From Trichosphaerium sp. ATCC 40318 (taxonomy: Eukaryota > Protista > Tubulinea), in contig JALMLS010000577.1 in the NCBI GenBank assembly GCA_038496445.1, forward strand, positions 62,001 to 126,000: a DNA stretch of 64,000 nt, given 5' to 3'. Below, one piece after another: positions 36,333-49,672 of the stretch (position 1 is the first letter of the stretch; each line of letters begins with the position of its first letter). A model generated the notes under the pieces. That model was not told the DNA's origin. It did not search any database and saw only the letters and a list, made by a program, of their open reading frames with translations. The position numbers and the translations under genes are program-made.

Positions 36333-38868
36333 ATGCTATCCTTATTATCCCAATCAAGTTTATCATCTTCAAACAGTAACCTTTCATTACCTTCAGTTCG
36401 ATCTAGTGACCTATTAAAGGTAAACACAAACGTTTTTACAATTACAGCTTATGATCGTCTACAGATCTCCTGCTCTCTTTCTTCTGCCTTCAAACCTGTC
36501 CCTACACTTTTACCAGTTCAACCAGCAAACTTTCAGACCCAAATTAACAGTTTGGGGAGCGTAACACGTTCAGCTGATGAACCGTAAGCTTTTTTCAAAA
36601 CAATTCGCCAAAACTCATTCATACAGGTTTTATCGCGTAGCTCCTATGCGCTCTGACATCAGCACTAAAATCGCCGAACAAGCCGTTAACGAGTACATTC
36701 GCCTTCATCAGCAGTGTCCCAGTAGACTGCTCTTACGTACTTCAAACGGTGTCCCAAAAAACATCACGGAACCAGCGGGCACTATCGCCGTTAACTGCGC
36801 TTCTAGTACCCGTTCAGATGACTCTGGTCGTTTCCTACCTTCTGTAAACGCGTGTAGGGTTCCTCAGGCCGTGCGTAGCGCTATTTACTTGCTATTTCAT
36901 GTTGTTCTAACCACCCACTTTACAGTCGGTCGACCAACCCCCGCCATCCTTACAGTCATTACCGCCTTGTTTCTCTCCTTTGGCTTGCTCTAAGCCAGCA
37001 CCTACGGCGTGCTGTCCCGGTACAACCAAACCCACTAACACTTCAAGCGCTACGACTACCACTACAGCCTGCGGTAACAGTCTCACTACCAAGTTGTCAG
37101 AAATATCAAGCGCATTTAGCCATGTGTCTATATCTATATCTAATCAAAACTCTGGACGGCGTCGTAATCGCGGAGGGCAAGGATCTGGAGGGTCTAATCG
37201 TGGCATTATTTCTTCATCATCATCCAAGGATATCATGGCTCCGTTTGGTATTTTTAGCGGCTTCTTGCTATTCGCGCTTGGGCAAAAACACCAACAACAA
37301 CAGCAACAAGATCAACAGGTTCAACAAGAGCAGCAGTGGCTTGAAAGATCAGTGGTGTCTCAAAGAATTCTTGCTTTATGCAATGAGTCTACTAAGACTC
37401 TCGATTATGGCGTTTACGTTACTTGGTGCTGGCTTGTATGGTGCTGTTGCTGTCAACCTATTGAAAGGAGACCTTTTGGCATCCCTAGATCAGTTATCCA
37501 GGCGTTCGGCCCCGCGTCGCATTTTGACTTTGAACACGAGTTTGTACATGTCCACCAAGAAGCTGAGTTTGCCGACACTGCCAAGGCCGCACGAGCCGCT
37601 GCAGCAGCAAAGGCCAAGGCGTTTGTACCCGTCGTCGGCTATGACGATGTCTCAAAGCGTCCCATGCCAACCCTCTTCTCCTCCCTGTCCATGTCCATGC
37701 GAGCCTGTTCCATGGCTGCTTGAGATGGATCTCGACATGGACGACGAGATTGGTACAACTGTAGAAGATGACGTCAACAAGGTACAGAGTAAGGCTTTCA
37801 ACCCTAGCTTCGTACACCTTGATTACAATGACGTTACACTACAATCCCCAAATACCAATCAACCTCTTCCAGTATTGTCCAAGAAGCGACAGTGCAACAC
37901 GCTGGTCATCCAGTCGTACGCTACTAAAATTTACCTAGGAGCACTCTTTTTTCTGATAATATTCGTGTTAATGTAGTGATATGACCATCGCCCATCCAAT
38001 GATGCAGACAAGACGCCTTAATAACGCCATTCTTGACTTGAACGTGTCAGGGTCGTTCACACACATTGCAAAGGCCAACAGACGTTGTACACCTCAGGAC
38101 ATTTCGTGGTGTGATGACGCACTCCGTCTTATCTCCTTACCAAATGCAGGAGGGTATGATTGATCCTTTTGTTACCTAGTCGTTCTCACTTTTTTTCTTT
38201 GCCTTAGTAACAGTATTTGGAGTGAAGCAATGTCCCTGGAAGTTCTGTACAGAGCTTTTGATGCCAGACTCGAGAAAACAGAGATGGAAATTCGATGTAC
38301 GTCAAAAGAACTGGCAAGGGCCAAGGGACATGAATCTTATCTTTTTCGTAGACTTTCCTTATGGAAGTAAAATCACGGATTACTCTGTAAGGATCAGTGA
38401 AAAATGTGTTGGTGTGAGTGTAACGCGTGCCATGACATTTGGCCAAAAGTATACACGTTCAGATGCTGAACGATTGCTAAAGAAAAAGCTGTTTGGTGTT
38501 ATCATGTCCTCGCAAAATGGTAAACAAACATTTCTAGAATCCTCCTCATACTAAACAACATATCTAGTAATGCGCGAAGATGGGTGGATCAAACAAGTTC
38601 TCCATGTGTTAACACCAAATCAGTACGTAATCTATTGAATACTGCAGTGCGTCTAACATGGACTGTGTAGAGCAATCGCAGACCTACTCGAACAGGTTTT
38701 TTACACATTCTCTCCTGAGTTAATCTCAAACACCGTACGCTCACACTTTTGTCATTTGGGGCTTTCTTCTCACGCTATGGTTAGGTGCTACTACAAACGG
38801 TGTGTCCCAACATGCCTTGGTTGTTTACTGATCGCAAATCAAAGTACAACCAGATTGGCTGCATTTAA
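36333..38868 (+). CDS. AAC4-like protein (Dictyostelium AAC-rich mRNA clone AAC4 family domain at C-terminus) with a low-complexity N-terminal part; frame break at 37721
   Basis: Spliced C-terminal domain LPNAGG/NSIWSEAMSLEVL...LEKTEMEI...GSKITDYSV...VGVSVTRAM...DAERLLKKKLFGV...WIKQVLHV matches the AAC4-family pattern as I recall it. The upstream spliced ORF stops at TGA 37721-37723. Confidence 0.7.
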
Positions 38869-38999
38869 TTTAGACCCAATTGTTTTTTTCAATAAATCAC
38901 ATCTTTTTTAGTTTCTTACAACCAATTGTAGCTTCTTGGTTGTCTTTGAGATATTGTACACGAGTTTTATTACAAATTATAAGACTACAATGACTGAAA

Positions 39000-39741
39000 C
39001 TATGTGCCTTCTGTAGATTTTTTTTTGTTTCTTGTTCTTTTTGTTTGTCCTGACCGCCTGCGTCCTTTTCCGCGTCCCTTCCCGCGACCTCTACCGCGTC
39101 CTTTACTACGTCCTCTACCTTTACCTTTATTGTCAGCATCAGTTTTAGTGCGTGCACGTGGGTCCGGGAGGCTCTCAACTTCCTTCATAGCCGCTGCCAC
39201 GTGCTCACCGATCATTGCTAGACAATCTCTCTGCTCGTCAACTGTAAAACGTTGATTGCATTGCTCAACAGCCTTGTATTTATCAGGAAAATTCTCAAAA
39301 AATAGAAGCACTTTGGTATTTGTGCAAAACTCAGCCTCTGCATTAACGTACGAGGTGTAGTTCTGATTCTGAAGCTGGTACGCAATTCATGATTTGCAGC
39401 TTCTCTGCTGGTGTAAGCCGCTCATAGTTCTCTTCCAAGTCCTCCACAAATGCGTTCATGCCCTCTTGGCCCTGCTGAACGTACGGTGTTACCGTAGAGA
39501 GTAGTTCGCATACCTTTTGAGCGTAATTTAATATATATGCGCCTATGGAGCGTATGGCGTACCTGATAGATGCATGCACGGTTTTTAGATTCACGAGTTT
39601 GCTTTGGAGGCTTGTACTTTGTTTTTACAGTCTGTAGGTGATGATATACTTCATAATTAGAAATAAACGTAGTGTCCGCTTCTCTAAATTTGTTAAACCG
39701 TTTATAATACAATTAACTCTTTCTGTAACGCACACTTGCAT
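39000..39741 (-). CDS. CRCP: RNA polymerase III subunit RPC17/RPC9 (CRCP, Rpb4 family) with RG-rich tail
   Basis: MQV/EADTTFISNYEVYHHL...LTPAEKLQIMNCVPASESELHL/AVEQCNQRFT is the family-typical SNYEV and LT.AEKLQI.N..P pattern. Confidence 0.85.
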
Positions 39742-39872
39742 AGCCGTTACAAGACACGCTTCTAATTCAAAAAACAAGTATCACTTAGAGACTTAAGTGA
39801 CATTCAAAGGAACATCACTTTTGTAGTGACACTAACGCGCATAACTACTGCACAACTTCACCAATAGGCATC
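39742..39872. promoter_or_regulatory. Putative minimal bidirectional promoter between RPC17 and archaemetzincin
   Basis: The two divergent ATGs are only ~131 bp apart. The gap contains repeated (t/a)tcactt...agtgaca inverted elements and a CCAAT at 39861. Confidence 0.45.
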
Positions 39873-41115
39873 ATGGCGGAAGAAGAAGCATCTATCCCTG
39901 TTCTAGATCTCCCAACCGAAGAAGAACGGAGACATGGCATTGGATTTGGTATGACACGACTTTTTTTGCGCGTGTGAGGCTTTTCTTAATTCTATTACAA
40001 GGCTCTCAGCCAATTCCAGTTTGTTATCAACCAAATGACCGCTTCTTCCCACCAATCCCTCAACCAAATCATATAGACGACTATCTGGCACAAACAGAGC
40101 TGTACCAGCAATCGTACCAACTTTGGTACCACACAGCGCCACTTTGCAACAAAATTAACATCCCTCTAGGACTGAAAATCGAAGCCGCAGACAGAATAGA
40201 ACCGAACGTACAATATATATCCAACCAGTAGGGACATTTGAGGAAGTTGACATTACAAAAATTATTCAGTTTTGCGCCGCCTTTTACCACCCCATCCCAG
40301 TCAAGTGCCTTGATCCCTGTCAAACAGTTGTTAACAGAAAAAAATATACGCTAAGCAAAGGCAGAAGATCGTGGAGTTTAAGATCAAGGAGGTAATTGCA
40401 ACCTAACAATAACCATGGAGAAAAAAAAAAGTTAATCAAGTCATTTAGGTGTCATCCATGGTACACTGATAGGACTCCAGAAGATGCTATACAATTCAAG
40501 GTAGAAGACTATCTTACAATGCTCGTTGAAATAGAAGAGCAAATAAATGATGCATACTGCGTACTCGGTGTGACAATGGGTGATTTGTATGCTGGCGAAA
40601 CTGATACATTTACTGTTGGCATGGCTTTTTGTTCTGTAGGTATTTTCAGCTTTGCACGATACGACCCACTCTTCCATAAGAAGAGAAAAAGACGAACAGC
40701 AAAAGACAACAAACTGCTATTGCAACGGAGCTGCAAAGTGGCTGTACATGAAATTGGACACAACATGGGCATCGCACATTGCGGGTTTAATAGTTGCCTC
40801 ATGCAAGGCTCGTCCCACTTGCCGGAGGATTACGCTCAGCCAATGTTCTTGTGCCCAGTAGATCTTCGTAAAATTTGCACAGTTACAGGCGCTGACCCTG
40901 TAGAACGATACGAAAAACTATTGGCGTATTACAAGTCAAATCGCTTGAAGAAAGAAGCCACGTGGGTACAAAACAGACTAGATTGGATAGCAGCAAATAC
41001 ACCTCTACAATCCAAGAAGCGTACACGAACAGACCGTAACAATGCAAGACGGAATACTAAAAGAACTAAGCGAACATCAATTATTGATCTGACAGGGAGT
41101 GACTCTGACTCATGA
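39873..41115 (+). CDS. Archaemetzincin (peptidase M54) zinc metalloprotease
   Basis: HEIGHNMGIAHC...CLMQGS...FLCPVDLRK zinc and Cys motifs, plus GVTMGDLY and GIFSFARYDP. Confidence 0.92.
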
Positions 41116-41350
41116 GTTGCTGCAAAAATACAAATTAACTTACAAAATAATAAAAACAATGTCACGTGATGCAAACTTTTAAAGGAGTTACAGTTACAAA
41201 TCCTAAAGTAAGGAATGCAAGTGGTTACACGTTTTTAAACGTGTTCACTTTATTTTCATGCACATTTCTTTTCAACGCACCTCACAAATCGGCACAAGCG
41301 TTTGGACTTGAGCGGCTTAACCGAATTTCGTCCTTGGCTTCAAACGTAAC

Positions 41351-42629
41351 ATGACAACTCCCCGACGCAATTTATTTCACCGTTACAGAAGCGAGAGGCG
41401 TGTGGAGTCGTCCAAAAGGTTATTGGCACGTATAAAGAGCCGCGAAAGCGAGATCAAAGAATTTATCTCAAACGCCACCGATGAACCTCTCGTTGAAGAG
41501 AAAAGCGAAGAAACAGCCCAACCAAAAGCAGAGTCAAACTTTGGACGCGTTCTGCAGGCTCAAGAAAAAAAAGATGGTAACGAGCTCCAAATGAAAGTGG
41601 TAAGACGCATTTGCTTTACAAAACACAAAAAAAAACTACAATTTACAAGATTTTACCAACGGCCTTCGGAAAAGCGTTAAAGCGTTGTACTCACGTAAAG
41701 TCCGCGTAACGTCCATTCATAGGGCGATTTAGTGATCATTTTAGAAAAAGGAGATGGTTTGTGGAAGGGACAAATCGCCAAAGATACTGGCATGTTCCCT
41801 CCTAATTTTATAGGTACGGTACACCAATAATAAAATTAAAGAGGTTTACAACAGAAAAAAAAAAAACCACCCATCACGTGCTCTTAAAATTAGGTTGCTA
41901 CTGCCCTCACAGCTCTGTAAAATAGAAAAAAAAATAACATATACGACCGCTAGTACTCATTACTTATTTGTTAGAGTTAATCACGGAAGAAGAGGTTCAG
42001 GACTTTATAAACCGAACACAAATACACAATCTATCAAAGGACGAGTTGAAAGCCAAAATGAAGGCACAAAAGGAGGCCCTGGAAGTAGCTGAAAAGGAGC
42101 AAGAAGCATTAAGAGTACGCCCCTATTAACTATAGAATTTATAAAACGTCTCATTATGCCTCCAACTCGTTGCCTGACCAATACGTGCCTGTAGGAAGAA
42201 ATAACCGCTTTAAAAGCAAAACGAAAGGAATTGCGAATGGAATACAGAACTGCGAATCCCGAACTCTCTTGCGATTACTTTGGCGTTGATCCTCTCCTCG
42301 CATTTTTTTATGATGTACAACAAAATTTGGTGTACCTTGAAGATGCCATCACAGTAAACAAAGGCTTGAAGAAGCCCGTGAATGCAGTTGTTGACAAGCT
42401 CTCTGAGTTCTCACAAGAATTACACCGTTTGTCAAAGGAAAAAGCGCTTTCCAAGCATTACGAAGAGGTAGCACCACTTATTCAGGCGTATCAAAACAAG
42501 CTTGTACTTCAACGTACAGACGACAACAATATTGAAAAGACCAAAGAGTTCTACAAGACTATAGCAAAGTTTGTAACTGTCCTCGAACGCATTGTAGACC
42601 CACAAAAACGTAGGAAGAAACGACGGTAG
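41351..42629 (+). CDS. SH3-domain plus coiled-coil protein
   Basis: Spliced KRVKALYSR...GDLVIILEKGDGLWKGQI...GMFPPNFI SH3 motif (41670-41812), followed by helical exons. Confidence 0.75.
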
Positions 42630-43024
42630 AGCATCTAACACCTCACATCATCTTTCATTTTACCGCAGTGGCCCATGTACGCAGTGGAATGGTCATAAAT
42701 TATAACAAACACGAGAAAGTCATTGTAGACAAAAAAAACAAAAAAAAAACATAAAACGATTTAGTAGCATACCAATACCGTCATTAGCTTTGTACCCAAG
42801 TGCGCGACTGTCAAAACTTTTTATCACGTGATACTTACCAAAAACAAAAAAAAGCAGGCCAAGGGAAAAAAAAAAACACTAAGCTCGCGTATCTAGATAT
42901 AATACCTTTTTTTTGTACATTTTTTGCAATATTATTAGGATTTTGTTTACACATTTTTGTTACTGTTTTACATTGTCGAACTAATCATCATCTTTGGTTA
43001 TACGATGCCAAGTTCATTCATAAA

Positions 43025-44628
43025 CTAGGTAAGCATAAACTGCGACTCTTCGGCTAGGTCTGTCTTGATGTGCACTTGCAGGAGTTTGGCCGTTTCAATA
43101 TCTTGTATCACGTCTCCCGGGAGCACGCTCAGTTTAGCCTTAGAGAAGGCTTTAGGGTTCTTGAGTATTTGTAGGATTATTTTATTCTTGAGGCTGGGTT
43201 CTTTGGCAGTCATGGATGTCAATTGGTTCAACGCCCACTTGGCTGGTTCGTGAAGCTCATCAACAGCTGTAGCACGTTCGAAGCACTCTTTAGCAAGTTG
43301 ATACCAACCATAGTCGACAAGTATGGCTCCCTATTGCGCAAATAATAGTGAGAAAGAATGGATTGTTACCCACAGAATGGAGAAAAAAAAACTCAAAAAA
43401 AACCAAGGGAACAACCTACCCGATTGTACCAACCGTTGGGATAACTCGTATTTAGCTTCAATGCTCTCATTATGTTTTGCATGCCAACACGGAGCTGTCC
43501 TATACGACATTGTGCAAGTCCTGGAGGTGGTTTTAAAGTCAGCCCAAAAAAAGGATATGCACTGTATTTAGAACACGCACCAAGATGGGTAAGGGGATTC
43601 GCCACTGGATTCAATCGATATGCTTGAGTTAAACATGCTATGGCCTCTTCGTAACGACCCAAAAAGTTTAGACAAGCTCCCTTATTATTGAGTGACGAAA
43701 AACACTCTGGTTTTATCTCCTACGCACAGAAATATAAGAGAACAATATTTCGGGGTTGTCCGATAAAGTTGTAAAAAAAATGGTCACAAAAAAAAAAAAA
43801 ATAGAAATGTAAGAAGCGATTGACGATGTTTAAAACGCACCAAAGCCCGATTGTAGCACCGCAAAGCTTCCTCGTGCTTGTAGCATTTATCATACGAGAA
43901 CCCCTTGTTGCAGAGCGCCTGAGGTAGTTGTTAGTATGTCACCAGTATTGATCAGTGTGATGGTTTTATTTCGAAGGAGAAAGGTTTGAGCGTTTAAAAT
44001 TTACCTTGGCATCCATCGGATTCAGCGTTAACGACCTGGCGTAGCATTCAACTGCCAATTCATGGAGACCAACCCTATCCAATACCCAAGCTAAGGTCGT
44101 TGTTATGTCAAAACCAAATTGGAACAAAACACCTTTTTGTTTCAAATACAACGTCTTTTTTTTTGTGTTGGTTGTGCCGTTATAAACGTACCTTTGGCGT
44201 TAAAAGCGCTCACGAGTTCCGGATTCAATTCTATGACTTTATCAAAACAATAAATAGTATCGTCTAGGCTACACCCAGGTATTTTAGACAACGTGTGGCC
44301 CTTCCACAACCTAATTACTGTTTTAACAAAAATAGGTCCTCTCACCGTTAAAACGTTGAAAAAGAGCAATCAATGTACCAAAGCACGCATTTCAAATTGT
44401 CATTTATGCCGTGTAACAACGCCAACGAAAATTCTTTTGCAGCTTTGTGGAATTGCTTGGCGTTGTACGCCTGTTTACCATTCCTACCGTGGGGGTTACG
44501 TTGAGGTACAATTTGATTATTGTTAAAGCGTTAACTTGACATTTGCCGGTTTAACGCGCATACAATTGCTCAACGTACTCGAAATGGCGTGCTACTTCTT
44601 CTTCTTCGTCCAGCGTGACTCCGTTCAT
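43025..44628 (-). CDS. TPR-repeat protein
   Basis: Multiple TPRs, e.g. AFNAKG...AVECYARSLTLNP, LGRYEEAIACLTQAYRLNP and ALKLNTSYPNGWYNR. Confidence 0.85.
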
Positions 44629-44858
44629 CGGTTTTTGGTTTGTTAGCAAAATGGAGTAAATGTTGTTTTGGGTTCTTTTTTTTTTTGTTTTCAGAAGTCG
44701 TTGAAAAAAAACGGCCTTATTGCCGTTAAGCCAAAACACCTAATACGCGCACATACTACAACCCATTATAGTGTTTCAGAATAATTTACGTTGCAACAAG
44801 TTCTAAGGGAATTTTAAAAATATAAACATCTAATTGGCTGTGTGATAACCAGACAGGG

Positions 44859-45662
44859 ATGACGGTGTGCTAAATTGATGCAAGAAGCAACGAGAAAGCG
44901 GATATACGCTATTTTAAACAAGTCGTTTACAGCACTGCCATTTTGTATCGACTTACCTCGCTTGGCTCAATATTTAGAAGTGTATAGCATTGATGGTACT
45001 ACTCTTACGAGTGGAATAGCAGGAACGCCTAGAACGGTTGTAATGAAGCTGCAAACTTTGTTTGCACGCTTGGCGGAATACCTAGGGGACACTGAAGCGT
45101 ATAAAGTGGTTCAAACTCGTTTTTACGAATATTTCGAGGGAAGAGAATCAACCAACATCAGCCCTGCGCTAGAGAAATTCGTCACAGAGCAACTGGGAGG
45201 CGACGAATCAGGTGTAGTGAAAATATTGAAGGCTTGTAATCAAGCAGCTGTAGGCAAGGCGGAGTTTTGGCCTTAAATTTACCATTAAGCGTAACTGACC
45301 CTGATGTAGGCCCAGCGATTGTAGAATTGAAACTCTGTCTCGGCACGGACAATTTAACCAAAGATGTAGCTAATACATGGAAATTTGTATTTAACATGCA
45401 TGAACGTGAGATCACAGTACAGACCAACAAGATGGAGCGTCACATCCACAATATGTTCCAATACGAGTGGACACTTGTCATCACCTTTGATCGCAAGACC
45501 TTTACGTGCACTGCCATGAAGCTAAAAGTGATAGACTTGATGTATCATGACGACTGTCACCATGGCAACAAGAAACCTTTAAAGCGCCATGTCAACAAAA
45601 TATTATCCAAATATATTACAGATAAGACCATTTTAGAGACAGCGAATCATAAAGAGTGGTAA
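44859..45662 (+). CDS. Uncharacterised amoebozoan-type protein, possibly GflB C-terminal-like domain
   Basis: Two exons joined as KILKACNQAAV/GPAIVELK...KDVANTW...FQYEWTLVITFD. The family resemblance is from memory only. Confidence 0.55.
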
Positions 45663-45713
45663 GGATGATGGTTTTTGTTTTTGTTTTAGTTTTGTCGCTG
45701 TTTTTAGTGCCGT

Positions 45714-47349
45714 ATGTTCATAAAATACAGGGAGTACTACAAAAAGCAGAATTGGCTCTTCCCTAGAAGATTAAACCGACGGCTTAAGAAACCAGGCGGC
45801 CAAAACAGAAGGAGCGAAAAAGAAAGGAGCGAAAAAAGAGCAAAAAAGACTCAAGACCACCTTCAAGCGTACAAACAGATACGACTTACGTCACCTCGGT
45901 ACTACCAACGATAATGCTACTGTTTTTCGCTGTTGTTGCTTTTTTTGTTTTAAATTCAAATACATTTCTATACCGCTCTTCTGCGCCTATCAAGTAGTTT
46001 ACACCATATTTAGGCGGCACAAATCCGATGGTGACGCTGTACCGCTGAAATCTAGTCTACAAGTTGCACCACTTCCCGAAATCCCCAAACCAGGTACCAG
46101 TCTCTCGCGGCTTGTATAACTATGCGCTGACGCTATTGCAAAGATGGTCAAACACAGGAACCAAATAAAACAAAGCACTCAAAGCACAGGTCTCACAGAC
46201 GCCGCTCGGTATGCTACTGCTTCAAAATTGCAATAGGCTAATTGAAGATTTGTGCTAGGCCAAGGTAAAGCGTGTGAGATCCAAAAAGCGTTCAAAAGAC
46301 TTGAGAGGCAGGCGCCGGTCTCGCACCCTGAGCGCGGATCTGACTGGTGCAATGTAGGATCCTAAACAATACTCACTTCGTAGCTCATATTTTTTATTCA
46401 GTGTAAAAGTGTATGGGAATGGTGATGTATATAATGGGCAATTCAACGAGTTCAGCTTGCGCCATGGAAGAGGTAAATATTCAGCGAGTAAAGGACAGAA
46501 CTATGAGGGTGACTACAAAGTACGTTAACAAGTGTTTGGCATCTCCATCTCTTTTGTAGTCCCATTTTCTCACAAAATAATAATACGATTCCATGTTTAT
46601 TATTAATTCATCTCTGTAGAACGGTTATCGCCACGGCGAAGGTACATATATAGCACCCAACGGCTCGTCATTTATTGGTACTTTTGATCATGGTACGTGG
46701 TAACAAAAATATATCTACCAACGTCGTCAGTGCGGCTCCTTTTGTTTCTACCGTTATCGTGCTCAAAAACCAATTTAGGCAATTTTGTTAAAGGCAAGTA
46801 CATCTTCTACAATGGAGACATCTATGAAGGGTTGTTTAAAGACAACAGTCCACATGGCCATGGCACCTGGCTTTCACCTGATGGTGATAGTTATATAGGC
46901 GAGTTTAGAAAGGGGAAGCGTGCTGGTAAAGGTGAACTCAAGACACTAAGCGGCAACACATATAATGGCGATTGGCACAACGACTTACCTCACGTACGTA
47001 TCCTGTCTATTGACAATTTATATTTTTATTTGTGTTCATCTTGTTAATACAACACCTACATACATCCTACCACATACTATTGGTATATATTTATACTATG
47101 TGCACTACTGCGGTGTTATCTAATCGCACAACAAAGGGTGTTGGTCGGTATGGGTTCTGCACCGGGGACGTGTACGAGGGTCAGTTCCGCAAGGGCGTTC
47201 TTGAGGGTACAGGCGAATATAAGTTCGCTTCAGGAGCTGTAGTAACTGGTTTGTTTAAGGCAGGTAAGCCTGTCAAAGTAACCAATACTACAGACTCCAA
47301 TAAACCCACAAATAGCAACTCAACTACAGGTACGCACATCCACGCGTAA
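45714..47349 (+). CDS. MORN-repeat protein with basic N-terminal region
   Basis: Repeats of type YxGxF/WxxxxxHGxG (GDIYEGLFKDNSPHGHG; GDSYIGEFRKGKRAGKG; GDVYEGQFRKGVLEGTG). The start is uncertain. Confidence 0.85.
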
Positions 47350-48054
47350 ACAACGTGACATGCTATTTTTTTTTTGTTTTTTTTTCTTGCGACAAACTGT
47401 AAATACAGGTTGTACTGAAACTTTGTTAGGCACCCGCTAGCGAGCCGCGACGGTTTTTTTTTGCACACATAACGTGCGATTTCTCCTTTTGTAGATACAA
47501 TGGCCAAATCTTTTTTTTGTCATCCCCTTTGTAGATATCAACTGCCTATTCTGTGTACAAACAATAATGAACACTGTACAAATTCGTATAAGACCTATTA
47601 TCGGTAATTGTAGGTTGTGAGAAAAAAACCAAACTTTTGTTTTGCGCCTGGTAAAGAGGCTAACAATGCCCAAGTAACGAGTAATTGGCGAATTGTTTTG
47701 TTGCAGAGGTTGTACAGCTTGGTACCAGTGAAAGCCAAAATTAGAATTGTAGCAATTTAAGTCGGGTGGTTTGAAAACGTTACGAAAAAACGTGCATGTA
47801 CGCTCCTGTATAAGGTAATCGCCATGGCAGAACCTCCAAAGGATAAGAAGAATGCCAAGCGTGCTTCGGTTATTCCGCCTCTTGAGTTGTCTATGATACA
47901 AATGGGTACATGTCCATACGTTTAGCATTGTTTTACGTTAAAAATACGCAAAATACAGCCCCTCACAGGCGATTTTAGCAATCGGTGCTCAACAGGGCTG
48001 GTTGCTCGTATTCAGGTTTCCACTTACTGTTTACTCACAGATAAATTGGCGAGG

Positions 48055-49672
48055 ATGAGTGAAACGACCCCGAGGCACAAAGACAAACGACGCAAGGTAA
48101 ATCGCTCGCACATGTCACGTATGTGCGCAGAAGATGCAGAAGTAGATTTAGACGCATGTATTGCATTGTTAGAAGATTATAAATGTTTATCATTGAAAGA
48201 CCTCAAAATTGTTTGCTCGCGGGTACGTACCATTTGAGTTAGCGCGTGCGATGCAATGTAGCGTGAAATACCTTTTTTCATCATCATTGTAACGCTTGGA
48301 AGGTCAGACAAGTCTTACAAGAAGAGCCCACAGTAGTACCCTTGACAGTTCCATTGACACTGGTAAGTAACACGTAGTGGTAATTCGGATTGATTTTAAT
48401 GTACAAAACTGGCCAATTCAACAATCATGCCATTGTTTATTGCCATTGCGATTAAAATACAAAACATGCCAACCAACGCAAATGCCTAGGTTGGGGACGT
48501 TCATGGACAATACTGGGATATGAAAAAGTTATTCGACCTGGCAGGTGCCGTGAAGGACAACAAGTATTTATTTTTGGGAGACTATGTAGACAGGCAAGTA
48601 CATAAGATTTAGGCTTTCTCCACTTACCCGTCATTGATAGAGGTCCAGACTCGCTACAAGTCATCTCGTTACTTTTTTGTTACAAATTGAAGTACCCTCA
48701 GCATGTCACGCTCTTACGTGGCAACCACGAGTCAAGACAAATTAACTCAGTGTACGGGAGATAACTTTTTGCCAGTTTCAATTTTTTTTTTTTTCAACGG
48801 GAAAATAGTGTTGGTTATCTTTGCCCCCTTCTCCATTTGAAACTAATTGTACGTGTTAAAAAGATACGGATTGATGGTGGAATGTTCGAAGAAGTATCCT
48901 ATATCGCCTATAGAGGCGTGGCAATACTTGAACAGTGCCTTTGACTTTATGCCACTCGCAGCGCTGATAACCACTAAAACTCAGCGTATCTTCTGCATCC
49001 ATGGCGGGTTATCTCCTGAAATTAGTAGTATAGATGACGTACGTTGCTTGCCGCGGTGGCAAGAGGTCCCAGACAAGGGACCAATATCAGGTACATTACA
49101 TCATTCAAATGACTCATTTTTAATCCACCAACGCTGTGTATTCTAATCCGGTTAGATTTATTGTGGAGCGATCCATACGATGACATTGGATACGCTCCTT
49201 CTGCCCGTAGGGTGGGTTTTTTGTTTGGATCAGACGTGACACTGCGGTTTATTAAGAGAAATAACCTCGATTTGATAATTAGAGGTCACGAACTTGCTGT
49301 TCAGGTACTGCTCATTCATTGGTCTACTTGACATGCCTATTTTTTTTTTGATGCAAGGACACATACACATATTTACTGCAAGTCACACTCATAAAACATT
49401 AGGGCTATGTATGGAATCACGACAATAAGGTGTTGACTGTATTCTCTGCGCCAAACTACTGTAATAGGGAGAACAAAGCTGCGTATGTGACATTAGATGC
49501 GGATGGCAAAAGAGAAATGTACGCAAGACCGATGACACTCACTATACCACTTTGCAGTTCTGAGTTTTTTTTTCAGACACACCTTCACACCTGCAGACAG
49601 ACCACCTATAAAAACGAAGCACCCTCGACTTTATGGATTCGAGTAACTCCGAAAGAAAAAAAGAAACATTAG
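48055..49672 (+). CDS. PPP-family Ser/Thr protein phosphatase (PP2A/PP4/PP6-like, divergent)
   Basis: Motifs [38 protein letters not shown] and TVFSAPNYC across exons. Confidence 0.93.

Noticed and set aside
47437-47928. 163-aa minus-strand ORF and a short direct repeat (CCTTT(T)GTAGATA twice)
   Set aside because: No recognisable protein features, terminal inverted repeats or target-site duplication; treated as intergenic.
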